Below the pieces are notes generated by a model that ran no database searches, was not told where the DNA came from, and saw only the letters and a list, made by a program, of their open reading frames with translations. The translations under genes were made by a program, and so were the position numbers. Shown here piece by piece: positions 39,394-48,478 of a stretch of DNA of 64,000 nt (the first letter of the stretch is position 1; each line of letters opens with the position of its first letter). Source of the DNA: a virus; the IMG/VR virus record IMGVR_UViG_3300022902_000008. One strand, given 5' to 3'.

Positions 39394-42300
39394 ATGAAAT
39401 ATGCTTTAGTTCACATTCACTCCAATTTTTCGACATTGGATGCACCTTCTAAGATAAAAAACATCGTCAAAAAGGCAAAAGATATTGGATGTCCTGGCGT
39501 ATCAATTTCTGATCATGGTGTTGCTGGCGGATTGTTGCAAGCATATAATGAATGTAAGTCGCAGGATATCAACTTTATTCCAGGTGTTGAATTTTATGTA
39601 AATAACAATAGAGACTTTAAAGACAAAACAAATAGAAAGAATTTTCACTTATGTTTATTTGCAAAAAACTATGAGGGTTATAAAGATTTAATTTGGTTAC
39701 AAGGAGAGTCAACATATAATTTTTATGGCAAGCCAAGGACAACAAATGAACTTATTTTACAAAAAGCAAAAAAAGGAAATCTTATATGCACAACCGCTTG
39801 TCTTGGTTCTGAATTACATCATTATTTTAAAAACAATGAAATATGCTCAGCAAAAGAGTGGATAAAGAAGTATTACAATGTTTTTGGTGATGATCTTTAC
39901 TTAGAACTACAAATAAACGAACTTACAAAAGAACAAAAAGCTTATAATGATAAACTAATTCAGATTTCCAATAAGACAGGCATAAGTTTAACCCTGGGTT
40001 TAGACTCTCATTATGTTGAAAAGGAAGATTGGTTTCTTCAACAGTTAACATTTCTCATTAGGGACAAAAAGACAGTAAAGAGCTTGGAAAGTAATGATGA
40101 CTCTGGGGAGGAAAAGGGAAAGAAAGATGAGGCATGGCAATTTGAAACAAAAAGTCTTTGGATAAAAACACCTGAAGAAGTTATAGAGTGTAATAAGGAG
40201 TTTGGTTATAATTATTCAATAGACTTTATTAAGAGGTTGTTTAGTTCAACTTTAGAAATCAACTCTAAGGTAGATGTTGAAATTCCTTTTTATGACTATA
40301 AGTTTCCTAAACACAAACATCAGGGTGACATATCTTCAAAACAATTATTGATCAACAAGGCTAAGAGTGGGTTAAAACAAAAGTTAAGTGAAGGTAAGGT
40401 TAAAGAAAAAGACATACCTACTTATGTTGATAGAATAAAAGAAGAGATTGATGTCTTAACTAACCATGGAAGAGATTTCTCAGACTATTTTTTGTTTTTT
40501 GATGATATCAAGAACTTTGTATATGAACAAGGTGGTATGTTGGGTGCTGGTCGAGGTTCTGCTTGCGCCAGCTTGCTATTGTGGTTGCTTGATATAACGA
40601 AGCTAGATCCAATAAAGGATGGTTTGATTTTCGAAAGGTTTATTAATAAAGCAAGGCTGGAGACAGATGCAGCAGATCTTGACATTGATATTAGTAGTGA
40701 TGAGTTGCCGTTGGTCGAAGAGTGGCTAAAGAAAAGATATGGTGAACGCTCTGTTTGTTCTGTGGGCAATTACACTAAGTTCAGTATAAAAAATACAATA
40801 AAAGATGTTGCAAGGGCCTTGGCAGTTGATGATGACTTAAAAGTGATTAACAACATCACTAAAACATTAAATGATAAAAGTGAGGATGTCAATGAGGAGT
40901 GGGCATTAGCAGCAAAAAGGTTTAAAAAGAATTCTAGGGAATACAAATGGCTAGAAAAACATGAGAGAGATGTTCTTAAGTGGAGTAGCAAGTTGGTTGG
41001 CTGTATTAGAAATGTGGGCCAACACGCTTCAGGGCTTGTTGTTGTGCCTGGAGAATTGTATGATCATGTTCCATTGTTGTATCATAAGAAAAAGACGTTG
41101 ACAGCCTATGTAGAGGGCGTTGAATATCGAGAACTTCCACAAGTAGGGGTGTTAAAGTTAGATTTGCTTGGATTGTCAACAGCAGCTATTATTAACAATA
41201 CAATAAAGTTGATTAAAGAGAGACATGATGACTTTCCCTATGATCAAAAAACAATATTTGATATTGATAGAGAAGACAAGAATATTTTAGATGAGTTTGC
41301 AAAAGGGAACACTGATAATTGTTTTCAGTTTGAGTCTGATGGCATGAAAAGCTTATTACAAAATATTTGTGTTAGTAGTTTTAGTGATGTTGTTTTGTGC
41401 AATGCATTATATCGTCCTGGGGCTTTAGGTGCTAATATGCATAATGTGGCTGTTGAAAATAAATTTAAGGGTGATGATATTACATATGTGCATCCGAAAG
41501 TCAAAGGTATTGTAGAAAAGACCTACGGAGTTCCAGCATTTCAGGAGCAAGTTTTGTTCACATTGCAAAAAATTGGCAACTTAAGTTTAAGTGAGAGTGA
41601 TTTGGCTAGAAAAACAATCAAAGCTTTAGGTAAGGCAAAGAAGAGTCCAGAAGAGTTAGAAAAGCTTAATGCATTTTTAAAAACATTTGCAAAGGGTGCA
41701 AAAGAAAATGGCCTTAATGATAAGGAGGTTAGCAAGATTTTAGAGTGGTTAAGAGCAAGCAGTGATTATTCATTCAACAAGTCACACTCAGCAGCATATT
41801 CATTAAACTCATATATTACGTTATGGTTAAAAAAGAATTATCCAATTGAATTCTTTACTGCTGTTTTAGCGAATGTACAATCTAACGAAGAAAAATTATA
41901 TACAACTTTAAGTGAGGCAAGAAAAAATAATGTAAAAATAAATTATATCGATATTAATGAATCTGGTTGGGATTTTTTTATTGTTGATAATGAGATTTAT
42001 TGTGGCTTTGGTTTTCTTAAGGGTACAAGTAAAAAAGATATTAACAAGGTGCTAGCTCTAAGGCCATTTACATCTATAAATGATTTTATACAAAAGGCAT
42101 TGGAACATGGCATATCAAAGAAAACAGTTTATCCATTGATTCAAACAGGTATTACGAGAAATATACATTCTAATGGTAGAGAATTAATAGAGATATATGA
42201 GAGAACAAAAAAGATTTGCAAAAGGAAAAGTTTTGAGTGGGATCAAATTGATGATATAATTACTGAAGTTAGCTTAGAAGATCTTAAGCCATACAACAAA

Positions 42301-42798
42301 CAAGAACTTGTTGACTTTGAACTGAAGTATATTGGGTTTTATTTGCAATCAGATGTTTTGGCTATGTATGATAAATATATTCAAATGTTTGGTGCAATGC
42401 TAGTAAGTGAAATGAATATAATGCCAAAACAAGTTTGTGTTAATAAGTATACCCAAAAAGAATCAACTGAATACAAATATCATATTTGCGGCATTATTGT
42501 TAACTCAGTGATTAAGAAAACTAAAAAAGGAAAAGAATATAGAATTGTTGAAGTTTCAGATTATACAGGCAAGGCTAGCTCTGGGTTGTCATTTAAAATA
42601 TGGGAGCCAAAGTTAATAGAAAAGTGTTATAATTCTGAAGCCAAGGATTTGCTGAGTAAGGGTTCTGTTGTTTTGGCTAAACTCTCAAAGAATGATTTTG
42701 GATATTCATTGCAAAAGTTTGATGTTAATAATATTGAAAACATGGATATATCAAAATTCCCATTTATTAACTTGAACATTTTAAGTTTGGAGGTTTAA
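39394..42798 (+). CDS. dnaE: DNA polymerase III alpha subunit (family C)
   Basis: PHP HIHS.FS.LD, SDHG, GRGSA, FERF, DLDID, HASG, KLDLLGL, FQFES, ALYRPG, YSFNKSHSAAY, OB fold. Confidence 0.96.
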   Translation: MKYALVHIHSNFSTLDAPSKIKNIVKKAKDIGCPGVSISDHGVAGGLLQAYNECKSQDINFIPGVEFYVNNNRDFKDKTNRKNFHLCLFAKNYEGYKDLIWLQGESTYNFYGKPRTTNELILQKAKKGNLICTTACLGSELHHYFKNNEICSAKEWIKKYYNVFGDDLYLELQINELTKEQKAYNDKLIQISNKTGISLTLGLDSHYVEKEDWFLQQLTFLIRDKKTVKSLESNDDSGEEKGKKDEAWQFETKSLWIKTPEEVIECNKEFGYNYSIDFIKRLFSSTLEINSKVDVEIPFYDYKFPKHKHQGDISSKQLLINKAKSGLKQKLSEGKVKEKDIPTYVDRIKEEIDVLTNHGRDFSDYFLFFDDIKNFVYEQGGMLGAGRGSACASLLLWLLDITKLDPIKDGLIFERFINKARLETDAADLDIDISSDELPLVEEWLKKRYGERSVCSVGNYTKFSIKNTIKDVARALAVDDDLKVINNITKTLNDKSEDVNEEWALAAKRFKKNSREYKWLEKHERDVLKWSSKLVGCIRNVGQHASGLVVVPGELYDHVPLLYHKKKTLTAYVEGVEYRELPQVGVLKLDLLGLSTAAIINNTIKLIKERHDDFPYDQKTIFDIDREDKNILDEFAKGNTDNCFQFESDGMKSLLQNICVSSFSDVVLCNALYRPGALGANMHNVAVENKFKGDDITYVHPKVKGIVEKTYGVPAFQEQVLFTLQKIGNLSLSESDLARKTIKALGKAKKSPEELEKLNAFLKTFAKGAKENGLNDKEVSKILEWLRASSDYSFNKSHSAAYSLNSYITLWLKKNYPIEFFTAVLANVQSNEEKLYTTLSEARKNNVKINYIDINESGWDFFIVDNEIYCGFGFLKGTSKKDINKVLALRPFTSINDFIQKALEHGISKKTVYPLIQTGITRNIHSNGRELIEIYERTKKICKRKSFEWDQIDDIITEVSLEDLKPYNKQELVDFELKYIGFYLQSDVLAMYDKYIQMFGAMLVSEMNIMPKQVCVNKYTQKESTEYKYHICGIIVNSVIKKTKKGKEYRIVEVSDYTGKASSGLSFKIWEPKLIEKCYNSEAKDLLSKGSVVLAKLSKNDFGYSLQKFDVNNIENMDISKFPFINLNILSLEV

Positions 42799-42831
42799 AA
42801 AAATGAAAAGTTTTTTTTATTGGCTGGTACT

Positions 42832-42862
42832 GGTTAACAGAATGTTTTGTTTGTGCTATAAT
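42832..42862 (+). promoter_or_regulatory. GGTTAACA-class promoter
   Basis: TTAACA-N17-TATAAT, TGTG extension. Confidence 0.85.
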
Positions 42863-42911
42863 ATGGTCTAAGGAGATCAAAATATGAAACAGTTGATGAT
42901 TGGATGGCTTA

Positions 42912-43109
42912 ATGAAAAACAAAAAATATAAAGTTGGTGAACATGTTTGGATTGATATAGGATTTTATTGTGGCCCTGCAATTATAGAGAAAGAGGACGT
43001 TGATGAAAAGTGGTTATTTGGCTATAATGTTAAAATTATGGGTGCAATGAAGGATAATATTTGGATTTCTAGAAAAGAAATTAAAGGGTTAAACAATGAC
43101 AATGCCTAG
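42912..43109 (+). CDS. SH3/KOW-like paralogue family protein
   Basis: KYKVGEHVWID..YCGPAII. Confidence 0.75.
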   Translation: MKNKKYKVGEHVWIDIGFYCGPAIIEKEDVDEKWLFGYNVKIMGAMKDNIWISRKEIKGLNNDNA

Positions 43110-43341
43110 ATTGGTATTAGGGCAAAGGGTTAACTTGAAGGGTGATGTCGCATGGCTCTCTAGTTGTAGAGAAAGTGGTTATTATGAAGGGCCAGTTAGG
43201 TTAATATCTAAGTTTCATAATTTATATTTATGTGAAGTTCCAATGGAGGTTTTTATCGAATTTAGTTCAACAAGAAGAAAAAATAAAACTAGAAGCTTTT
43301 GGATTATGGAAGATAAAATTAAAATGATTAAAAGGGCATAA
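43096..43341 (+). CDS. SH3/KOW-like paralogue family protein
   Basis: LGQRVNL...YEGPVRL. Confidence 0.6.
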   Translation: MTMPRLVLGQRVNLKGDVAWLSSCRESGYYEGPVRLISKFHNLYLCEVPMEVFIEFSSTRRKNKTRSFWIMEDKIKMIKRA

Positions 43342-43345
43342 TAAA

Positions 43346-43699
43346 ATGACTTATATACATAAAGATAAAAAGGAATGGGGTAGTTATAATAAAAATGATA
43401 TTAATTATGGAAAATGGATTAAAAGATATAAAAATAACAAGATATATGAAATTTCTAAGTTATTAACTACAACAAAAAACTTATTAAATGGAACAAATAA
43501 ATTATATGGTTTTAAAGTTGGTGAATTAGTTTGGGTTAATCATGAATTATATAGAGGGGTCGGGATAATAAAGCATTTTAGGTTTTTAGAACTGCAAAAG
43601 AGAGTTGTTGTTACTAGCTCTTATCCTTTTGCGATTATAGCTAACAAATATGGCAAGAAAGATTTAGAATGTACAAAAGAAATGATAAGAAAAGCATGA
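43346..43699 (+). CDS. SH3/KOW-like paralogue with N-terminal extension
   Basis: FKVGELVWVN..YRGVGII. Confidence 0.7.
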   Translation: MTYIHKDKKEWGSYNKNDINYGKWIKRYKNNKIYEISKLLTTTKNLLNGTNKLYGFKVGELVWVNHELYRGVGIIKHFRFLELQKRVVVTSSYPFAIIANKYGKKDLECTKEMIRKA

Positions 43700-44049
43700 G
43701 CAAGCAAAAATCACAACAAGTAGTGACATATAAATATGATTCTAAAATCACAAAAAACGATCTCAATGATTGCAATTTAGATACAATTATTAATTATGTT
43801 GAATTGTATTTGAAATCGAAAGCATTAAAAAAACACTTATTTGATTCAAATAAGTTAATTCAAGATAAAATATATGATAAAATAGAAAACAAAGTGAGCC
43901 AATCTACAAACAAAAGATTGTCTATTTGGAAAAAAGCAACAACAAATGAAAAAATTGTTATTAATAAGTTTGTTTGTCAAATTGATAGTCTTGGTAACAA
44001 TAAATCCATAAGAAGTGTAAATATGGTTTTTGATTTTGCCGAAGAGTAA
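43696..44049 (+). CDS. Helical YxxLxLK...WxxxT family protein 1
   Basis: YVELYLK...IWKKATTNEK. Confidence 0.55.
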   Translation: MSKQKSQQVVTYKYDSKITKNDLNDCNLDTIINYVELYLKSKALKKHLFDSNKLIQDKIYDKIENKVSQSTNKRLSIWKKATTNEKIVINKFVCQIDSLGNNKSIRSVNMVFDFAEE

Positions 44050-44052
44050 ATT

Positions 44053-44301
44053 ATGTTAAAGACAACTAAAGAGTTTCAAGAATATATTGATCTAGTTTTG
44101 AAGGTATATGTGTTGAGGCTTTTTAGTAGGGATAAAGTATGTACAACAACAACTAAGGATCGCTGTAAGTTGAAAAAGTTGAAAAGGCTTTACGACCTTA
44201 CATTTAGATCATCTATATTGTGGGATAATTACTTGACTGATAACCAAAAAGAAAAAGGTCGGTTGTTAATAGGGAAAATATATAAAAAATATATGAATTA
44301 A
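44053..44301 (+). CDS. Helical YxxLxLK...WxxxT family protein 2
   Basis: YIDLVLK...LWDNYLTDNQK. Confidence 0.55.
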   Translation: MLKTTKEFQEYIDLVLKVYVLRLFSRDKVCTTTTKDRCKLKKLKRLYDLTFRSSILWDNYLTDNQKEKGRLLIGKIYKKYMN

Positions 44302-44308
44302 ATAAAAA

Positions 44309-44548
44309 ATGAGTAACATAAAAAAATATATTGATTTATTAATTAAAATAAATATGTTTATTATTATAGAAGATAAGCTTTTTGAGTCTGGTAATGATAT
44401 AAACAAACAAAAGAAGCTAAATTTAATTATTAGTAATAAACAAAACAATATGAGTGAGTTATGGTATAGATTAACAGATAAAGAAAGAAAGGCAATTAGA
44501 ATTAGTTTAGACGAAATTAGCTTTGATAAAAAATTTGGTATCGTTTAG
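44309..44548 (+). CDS. Helical YxxLxLK...WxxxT family protein 3
   Basis: YIDLLIK...LWYRLTDKER. Confidence 0.55.
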   Translation: MSNIKKYIDLLIKINMFIIIEDKLFESGNDINKQKKLNLIISNKQNNMSELWYRLTDKERKAIRISLDEISFDKKFGIV

Positions 44549-44573
44549 TTGTAATTAATAACAGGAGGGCGCT

Positions 44574-45299
44574 TTGAAGAAGGAAAAAGTTTATATTTAT
44601 CCAAATGAAAAAGAAAAAATTGGTTGTGTTGAATATGTCGATCACATGGGATCAGATAAAGATATTGTTAATGCGGCAAGAGCAAGTGTTGGTAAAGAAA
44701 GTAAAAAGCCATTCTCAGAAAAAGATAGAGAGTTAATGAAATATCTTATAGAAAATAAACACACCAGTCCTTTTGAACATGTTAAGCTTAAGTGTAGGTT
44801 TACTGTTCCATTGTTTGTTAGAAGTCAACATATGAGGCACAGATTATGGAATTTCAATGAATTAAGTCGGAGATTCACAGACAAAGATATCCAATTTTAT
44901 TTACCGAAATCATTTAGGACACAACATGAAAATAATATACAAGCAAGTAACAATGACTCAATTAATCCAAAAATTCATACTTGTGTTTCTATGGGTGAAA
45001 GCAAATTAGCAGATTTGTTAGTTGAGTCCACTACAAATAAATGTTTTATTGCATATCAAAAGTTATTAGATGCAAATATTACAAGAGAGCAAGCAAGAAT
45101 GATTCTTCCTCAAAACTTATATACAACTTATATTGGAACCTGTGATCTTCATAATTTATTTCATTTTTTATCATTAAGGCTTGGTGAACATGCTCAATAT
45201 GAAATTAGAGTTGTTGCTGAGGCATTATTGTATTATTGTGAACAGTTATTCCCGGAAGCGACAAGCTTATTTAAGGAGGTTAGGTTAGATGACATATAG
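44574..45299 (+). CDS. thyX: Flavin-dependent thymidylate synthase
   Basis: IVNAARAS, HTSPFEH, RHR.WNFNELSRR, EQARMILP, LRL..HAQYEIR. Confidence 0.95.
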   Translation: MKKEKVYIYPNEKEKIGCVEYVDHMGSDKDIVNAARASVGKESKKPFSEKDRELMKYLIENKHTSPFEHVKLKCRFTVPLFVRSQHMRHRLWNFNELSRRFTDKDIQFYLPKSFRTQHENNIQASNNDSINPKIHTCVSMGESKLADLLVESTTNKCFIAYQKLLDANITREQARMILPQNLYTTYIGTCDLHNLFHFLSLRLGEHAQYEIRVVAEALLYYCEQLFPEATSLFKEVRLDDI

Positions 45300-45540
45300 A
45301 GCTTTTGAATCACATAGTTGTTGTAGACTGAAAGATGGGTTTTTAGTTGAAGTGGGTGGGTCATATTGGGTTAATATCTGTGCTGATAGGGTTAGAAATT
45401 ATAAAGGGCCAATTGTTGTTGATAGTATTGAAGCTGTAGTTTTTGATGGTGATTATACTTTTAGCATAGGCGTAAAAAAGTCTATAGGTGGTTTTTGTTT
45501 TGTGACGTTCGATGAGATAACGGTTATTTGTGAAATTTGA
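45289..45540 (+). CDS. SH3/KOW-like paralogue family protein
   Basis: VGGSYWVN...YKGPIVV. Confidence 0.65.
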   Translation: MTYRAFESHSCCRLKDGFLVEVGGSYWVNICADRVRNYKGPIVVDSIEAVVFDGDYTFSIGVKKSIGGFCFVTFDEITVICEI

Positions 45541-45826
45541 TCCAAAAAGACTCGAAAAAAGGCAATATCTTCAACAAGTAAAGTGGGGTGATAATGTCAA
45601 TATTAAGACAAATAAAACATATTGGATAGCTGTTAACTTAGGTAAAAAACATTATAAATATTATTATGGGTTAGTATATATTATTAACATTAATGAAAAT
45701 ATTTTGTTTTATGATGGTAAAAAACAGTGTTTAGACATAGTAATCATTGCAAAGTCACCAACAACAATTAATTGGGTAGTTTTCACATTAAACGATATAA
45801 CTGATATAAAGGAGGTTAAATGTTAA
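45530..45826 (+). CDS. SH3/KOW-like paralogue family protein
   Basis: KTYWIA...YYGLVYI. Confidence 0.6.
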   Translation: MKFDPKRLEKRQYLQQVKWGDNVNIKTNKTYWIAVNLGKKHYKYYYGLVYIININENILFYDGKKQCLDIVIIAKSPTTINWVVFTLNDITDIKEVKC

Positions 45827-46167
45827 CATTAATTAAGCCAGATCAAATTGAAACCATTAAAAAACAAATGGCATCACAAAAGGTTGTTAACATTCACTCT
45901 TACAAAAACATAAAAACAGTTTATGATTTTTATGAAAACAATTTACGAAAAATTGATTCTAAGTTTGACAATGTATACCAATGTAGGCTTGACAGTATTT
46001 TTGTTTTGTATGTCGATAAAGAAACTGGGGAGTTGACTTTACATAATGATGAGATTAAAAAAGATGCAACAACTGTTTTAGTGAGAGAAAACAACTTGGC
46101 ATTTCTTTCAAAGGATGGCAAAAAGGCCATTGATTTTCCTTTAGAAATTGAAGAACTTGAATTATAA
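45820..46167 (+). CDS. Hypothetical protein
   Basis: AAGGAGG RBS. Confidence 0.6.
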   Translation: MLTLIKPDQIETIKKQMASQKVVNIHSYKNIKTVYDFYENNLRKIDSKFDNVYQCRLDSIFVLYVDKETGELTLHNDEIKKDATTVLVRENNLAFLSKDGKKAIDFPLEIEELEL

Positions 46168-46174
46168 TTAAATT

Positions 46175-46594
46175 ATGAACGATATTACTATAAATATACC
46201 CAATAAAAGCTATCAGTTTAAAGAAGGTGATTATGTTTGGGTTAACAATGCTGACTACAAGGGCTTAGGATTTGTTGATAGGGTTTCCAAATGGGATATT
46301 GAGAAAAGCCAATATAAAATTTGTATAATTTCAAAAACTGACCAAAAAAAAATTAATGAAAGTTGGTACGCACCAGCATCAGCACCAACAGCAAAAAAAA
46401 TAAAAGACATTAATGTTAATGTTTATTCTACGATTCAAGGAGATATCCAAGGAGAGATCAGCAAAGAAATCTTTAATATGATGATGCACAATGTATATAA
46501 CAATGAAAAAATATATTTAATAAACACTATGTTTAGCAAATATGAGGTTTTTAAAGAAATAGAAATAGAGTTGATGGAGGAAAAAAATGAGTGA
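46175..46594 (+). CDS. SH3/KOW-like paralogue family protein
   Basis: FKEGDYVWVN..YKGLGFV. Confidence 0.7.
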   Translation: MNDITINIPNKSYQFKEGDYVWVNNADYKGLGFVDRVSKWDIEKSQYKICIISKTDQKKINESWYAPASAPTAKKIKDINVNVYSTIQGDIQGEISKEIFNMMMHNVYNNEKIYLINTMFSKYEVFKEIEIELMEEKNE

Positions 46595-46916
46595 GCAAAA
46601 AAAGGTTGAAGAAACACGAGGCCTTTCAGATTATGAAAAGCTTGGCAAAAAAATTGGTGAAATTGTAACTAAGAAGCAAGAATCTTATGGTAATGCATTC
46701 GAAAAGTCAAGTGAGGTAGTAAAAGTACTTTACCCTAATGGGATCAACCCAAATCAATATGTTGAAATGTTAACAGTTTTAAGAATTATTGACAAACTGT
46801 TTAGGGTGGCAACAGATAAAGATAACCACAATGAAGATCCATTTCTTGACATTGCAGGTTATGGCCTCTTAATGACAAAATATAAGTTAGATAAGAAGCG
46901 ACAAGAAAAAAAATAG
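46587..46916 (+). CDS. DUF1599/DUF6378-like nucleotide-modification-associated (MazG-like helical) protein
   Basis: KQESYGNAF...RIIDKLFR...EDPFLDIAGYGLL. Confidence 0.65.
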   Translation: MSEQKKVEETRGLSDYEKLGKKIGEIVTKKQESYGNAFEKSSEVVKVLYPNGINPNQYVEMLTVLRIIDKLFRVATDKDNHNEDPFLDIAGYGLLMTKYKLDKKRQEKK

Positions 46917-46949
46917 GTATTTTATTAGAAGTTTAAAATAATTATAATT

Positions 46950-47441
46950 ATGAACAAAAATTATTTTTTAAATGAGGTCTTTAATATGGTGGATAAAGAT
47001 TATAAAATAAAATATAAGAATGAATCTTTATTAATGAAGATTCTTGGGTTTATTACAAAACCATTTTGCCCTAAATTTATGACTACATATACAACAACAG
47101 TGGGGAAAACAATATATTTGCCAACAAAGTTTGAAAGCTTTGCAAAAAGATATCAAATTATGATAATAATGCATGAAAAAAAGCATATTGAGCAATATAA
47201 AAAATATTTTCCATTTTATGGATTAATGTATTTGTTTTTACCATTTCCAATACTGTTTGCTTATTTTAGGTTAAAATTTGAATGTGAAGCATATGCTATT
47301 AACATTGATGCTAAATTAATTACATATGATGAAGTTATTGAGTCGTTATCTGGACCCACCTATTTTTGGACATGGTATTCTAAAGAAAAGATAAAGAAAC
47401 TTTTAGAGCATTATGTTGAAGAGCTTCGCTCAAAAAGATAA
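46950..47441 (+). CDS. HExxH metallopeptidase-like protein with hydrophobic segment
   Basis: TTVGKTIY, HEKKHIEQ, FECEAY. Confidence 0.7.
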   Translation: MNKNYFLNEVFNMVDKDYKIKYKNESLLMKILGFITKPFCPKFMTTYTTTVGKTIYLPTKFESFAKRYQIMIIMHEKKHIEQYKKYFPFYGLMYLFLPFPILFAYFRLKFECEAYAINIDAKLITYDEVIESLSGPTYFWTWYSKEKIKKLLEHYVEELRSKR

Positions 47442-47469
47442 TAAAAAAACAAGATAGGAGAATTTTCAT

Positions 47470-47919
47470 ATGAATATTATTACTATTCCAATCAAAAAAA
47501 ACAAAGTAAGCGCAGTAACCCCTGCAAAATCTTCAGACACGGCTGTTGGATATGACTTATATAGTCTTGAAGATGTTAATATTTTTGCTGGAGAAACTCA
47601 TTTGATTAAATGTGGGTTTGCAGTGGCAGTACCAGAAGGCTATTGTATGATGATTGTGCCAAGGAGTGGGTTAGCTTTGAAAGAAAGCATTACTGTTTTA
47701 AATTCGCCAGGGATTGTTGATCCTGATTATCGTGGTGAAATTGGCGTTATTTTGCATAAAGTGTATAACAAAATACAACAAACTCCAACAAAAGTTATTC
47801 GTGGTGATAAAATTGCACAAGCTGTTTTTGTTAAATATTGTGAGGCCAAGTTTATTGAAGTTCCAGACCTTGAAGAAACTAAGCGTGGGGTGGGCGGTTT
47901 TGGAAGTACGGGGAAATAA
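47470..47919 (+). CDS. dut: dUTPase (trimeric)
   Basis: GYDL, PRSGLA, PGIVDPDYRGEI, IAQ, RGVGGFGSTG. Confidence 0.97.
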   Translation: MNIITIPIKKNKVSAVTPAKSSDTAVGYDLYSLEDVNIFAGETHLIKCGFAVAVPEGYCMMIVPRSGLALKESITVLNSPGIVDPDYRGEIGVILHKVYNKIQQTPTKVIRGDKIAQAVFVKYCEAKFIEVPDLEETKRGVGGFGSTGK

Positions 47920-48407
47920 TGGAAGGTTGTAATTATAAGAAGATATTAAATAGCTGGAATATTTTGGCTGAAAGTAAGGTTAGTGAAAAAGTTCAAGCTG
48001 CTGGCATCATTGCTGTTGCTGAAGATACTGGGGATATATTGTTGGCATTACGAAGTGAATATGTTGATGAGCCTGGAACGTGGGGAACAATTGGTGGTAA
48101 GGTTACAGAAGGAGATGGTTCACTAGGCTTGGGGGCACAAAGAGAGTTTTATGAGGAAACAGGTTATATGGGGCCAATGAAGTTAATTCCAGTTTACAAC
48201 TACTCAAGTAATAACTTTGAATATCAAAACTTTATTGGCTTTGTTCCAAATAAGATAACAAGCTTTGTAAAGAACTGGGAAAATAAGCAGCTTAAATGGA
48301 TGACATATGAGCAGTTATTAAAGGTAGGCCCAAAACACTCTGGACTGGCGCTGTTATTAAGTGATAATAACACTTTAGAAAAAATCAAAAAATATTCAAG
48401 TAACTGA
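47919..48407 (+). CDS. Nudix hydrolase
   Basis: LLALRS.YV.EPGTW...GG...AQREFYEETG. Confidence 0.9.
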   Translation: MEGCNYKKILNSWNILAESKVSEKVQAAGIIAVAEDTGDILLALRSEYVDEPGTWGTIGGKVTEGDGSLGLGAQREFYEETGYMGPMKLIPVYNYSSNNFEYQNFIGFVPNKITSFVKNWENKQLKWMTYEQLLKVGPKHSGLALLLSDNNTLEKIKKYSSN

Positions 48408-48478
48408 AAATATAAGTTCTTTTTATATAAAAAAATAATAATTATAATATTGAAACATTAATTGTTTAGGATAAATTT

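Noticed and set aside
39394-42798. Intein in DnaE or in the helicase
   Set aside because: Lengths are normal and no C...HN-[CST] block was found.
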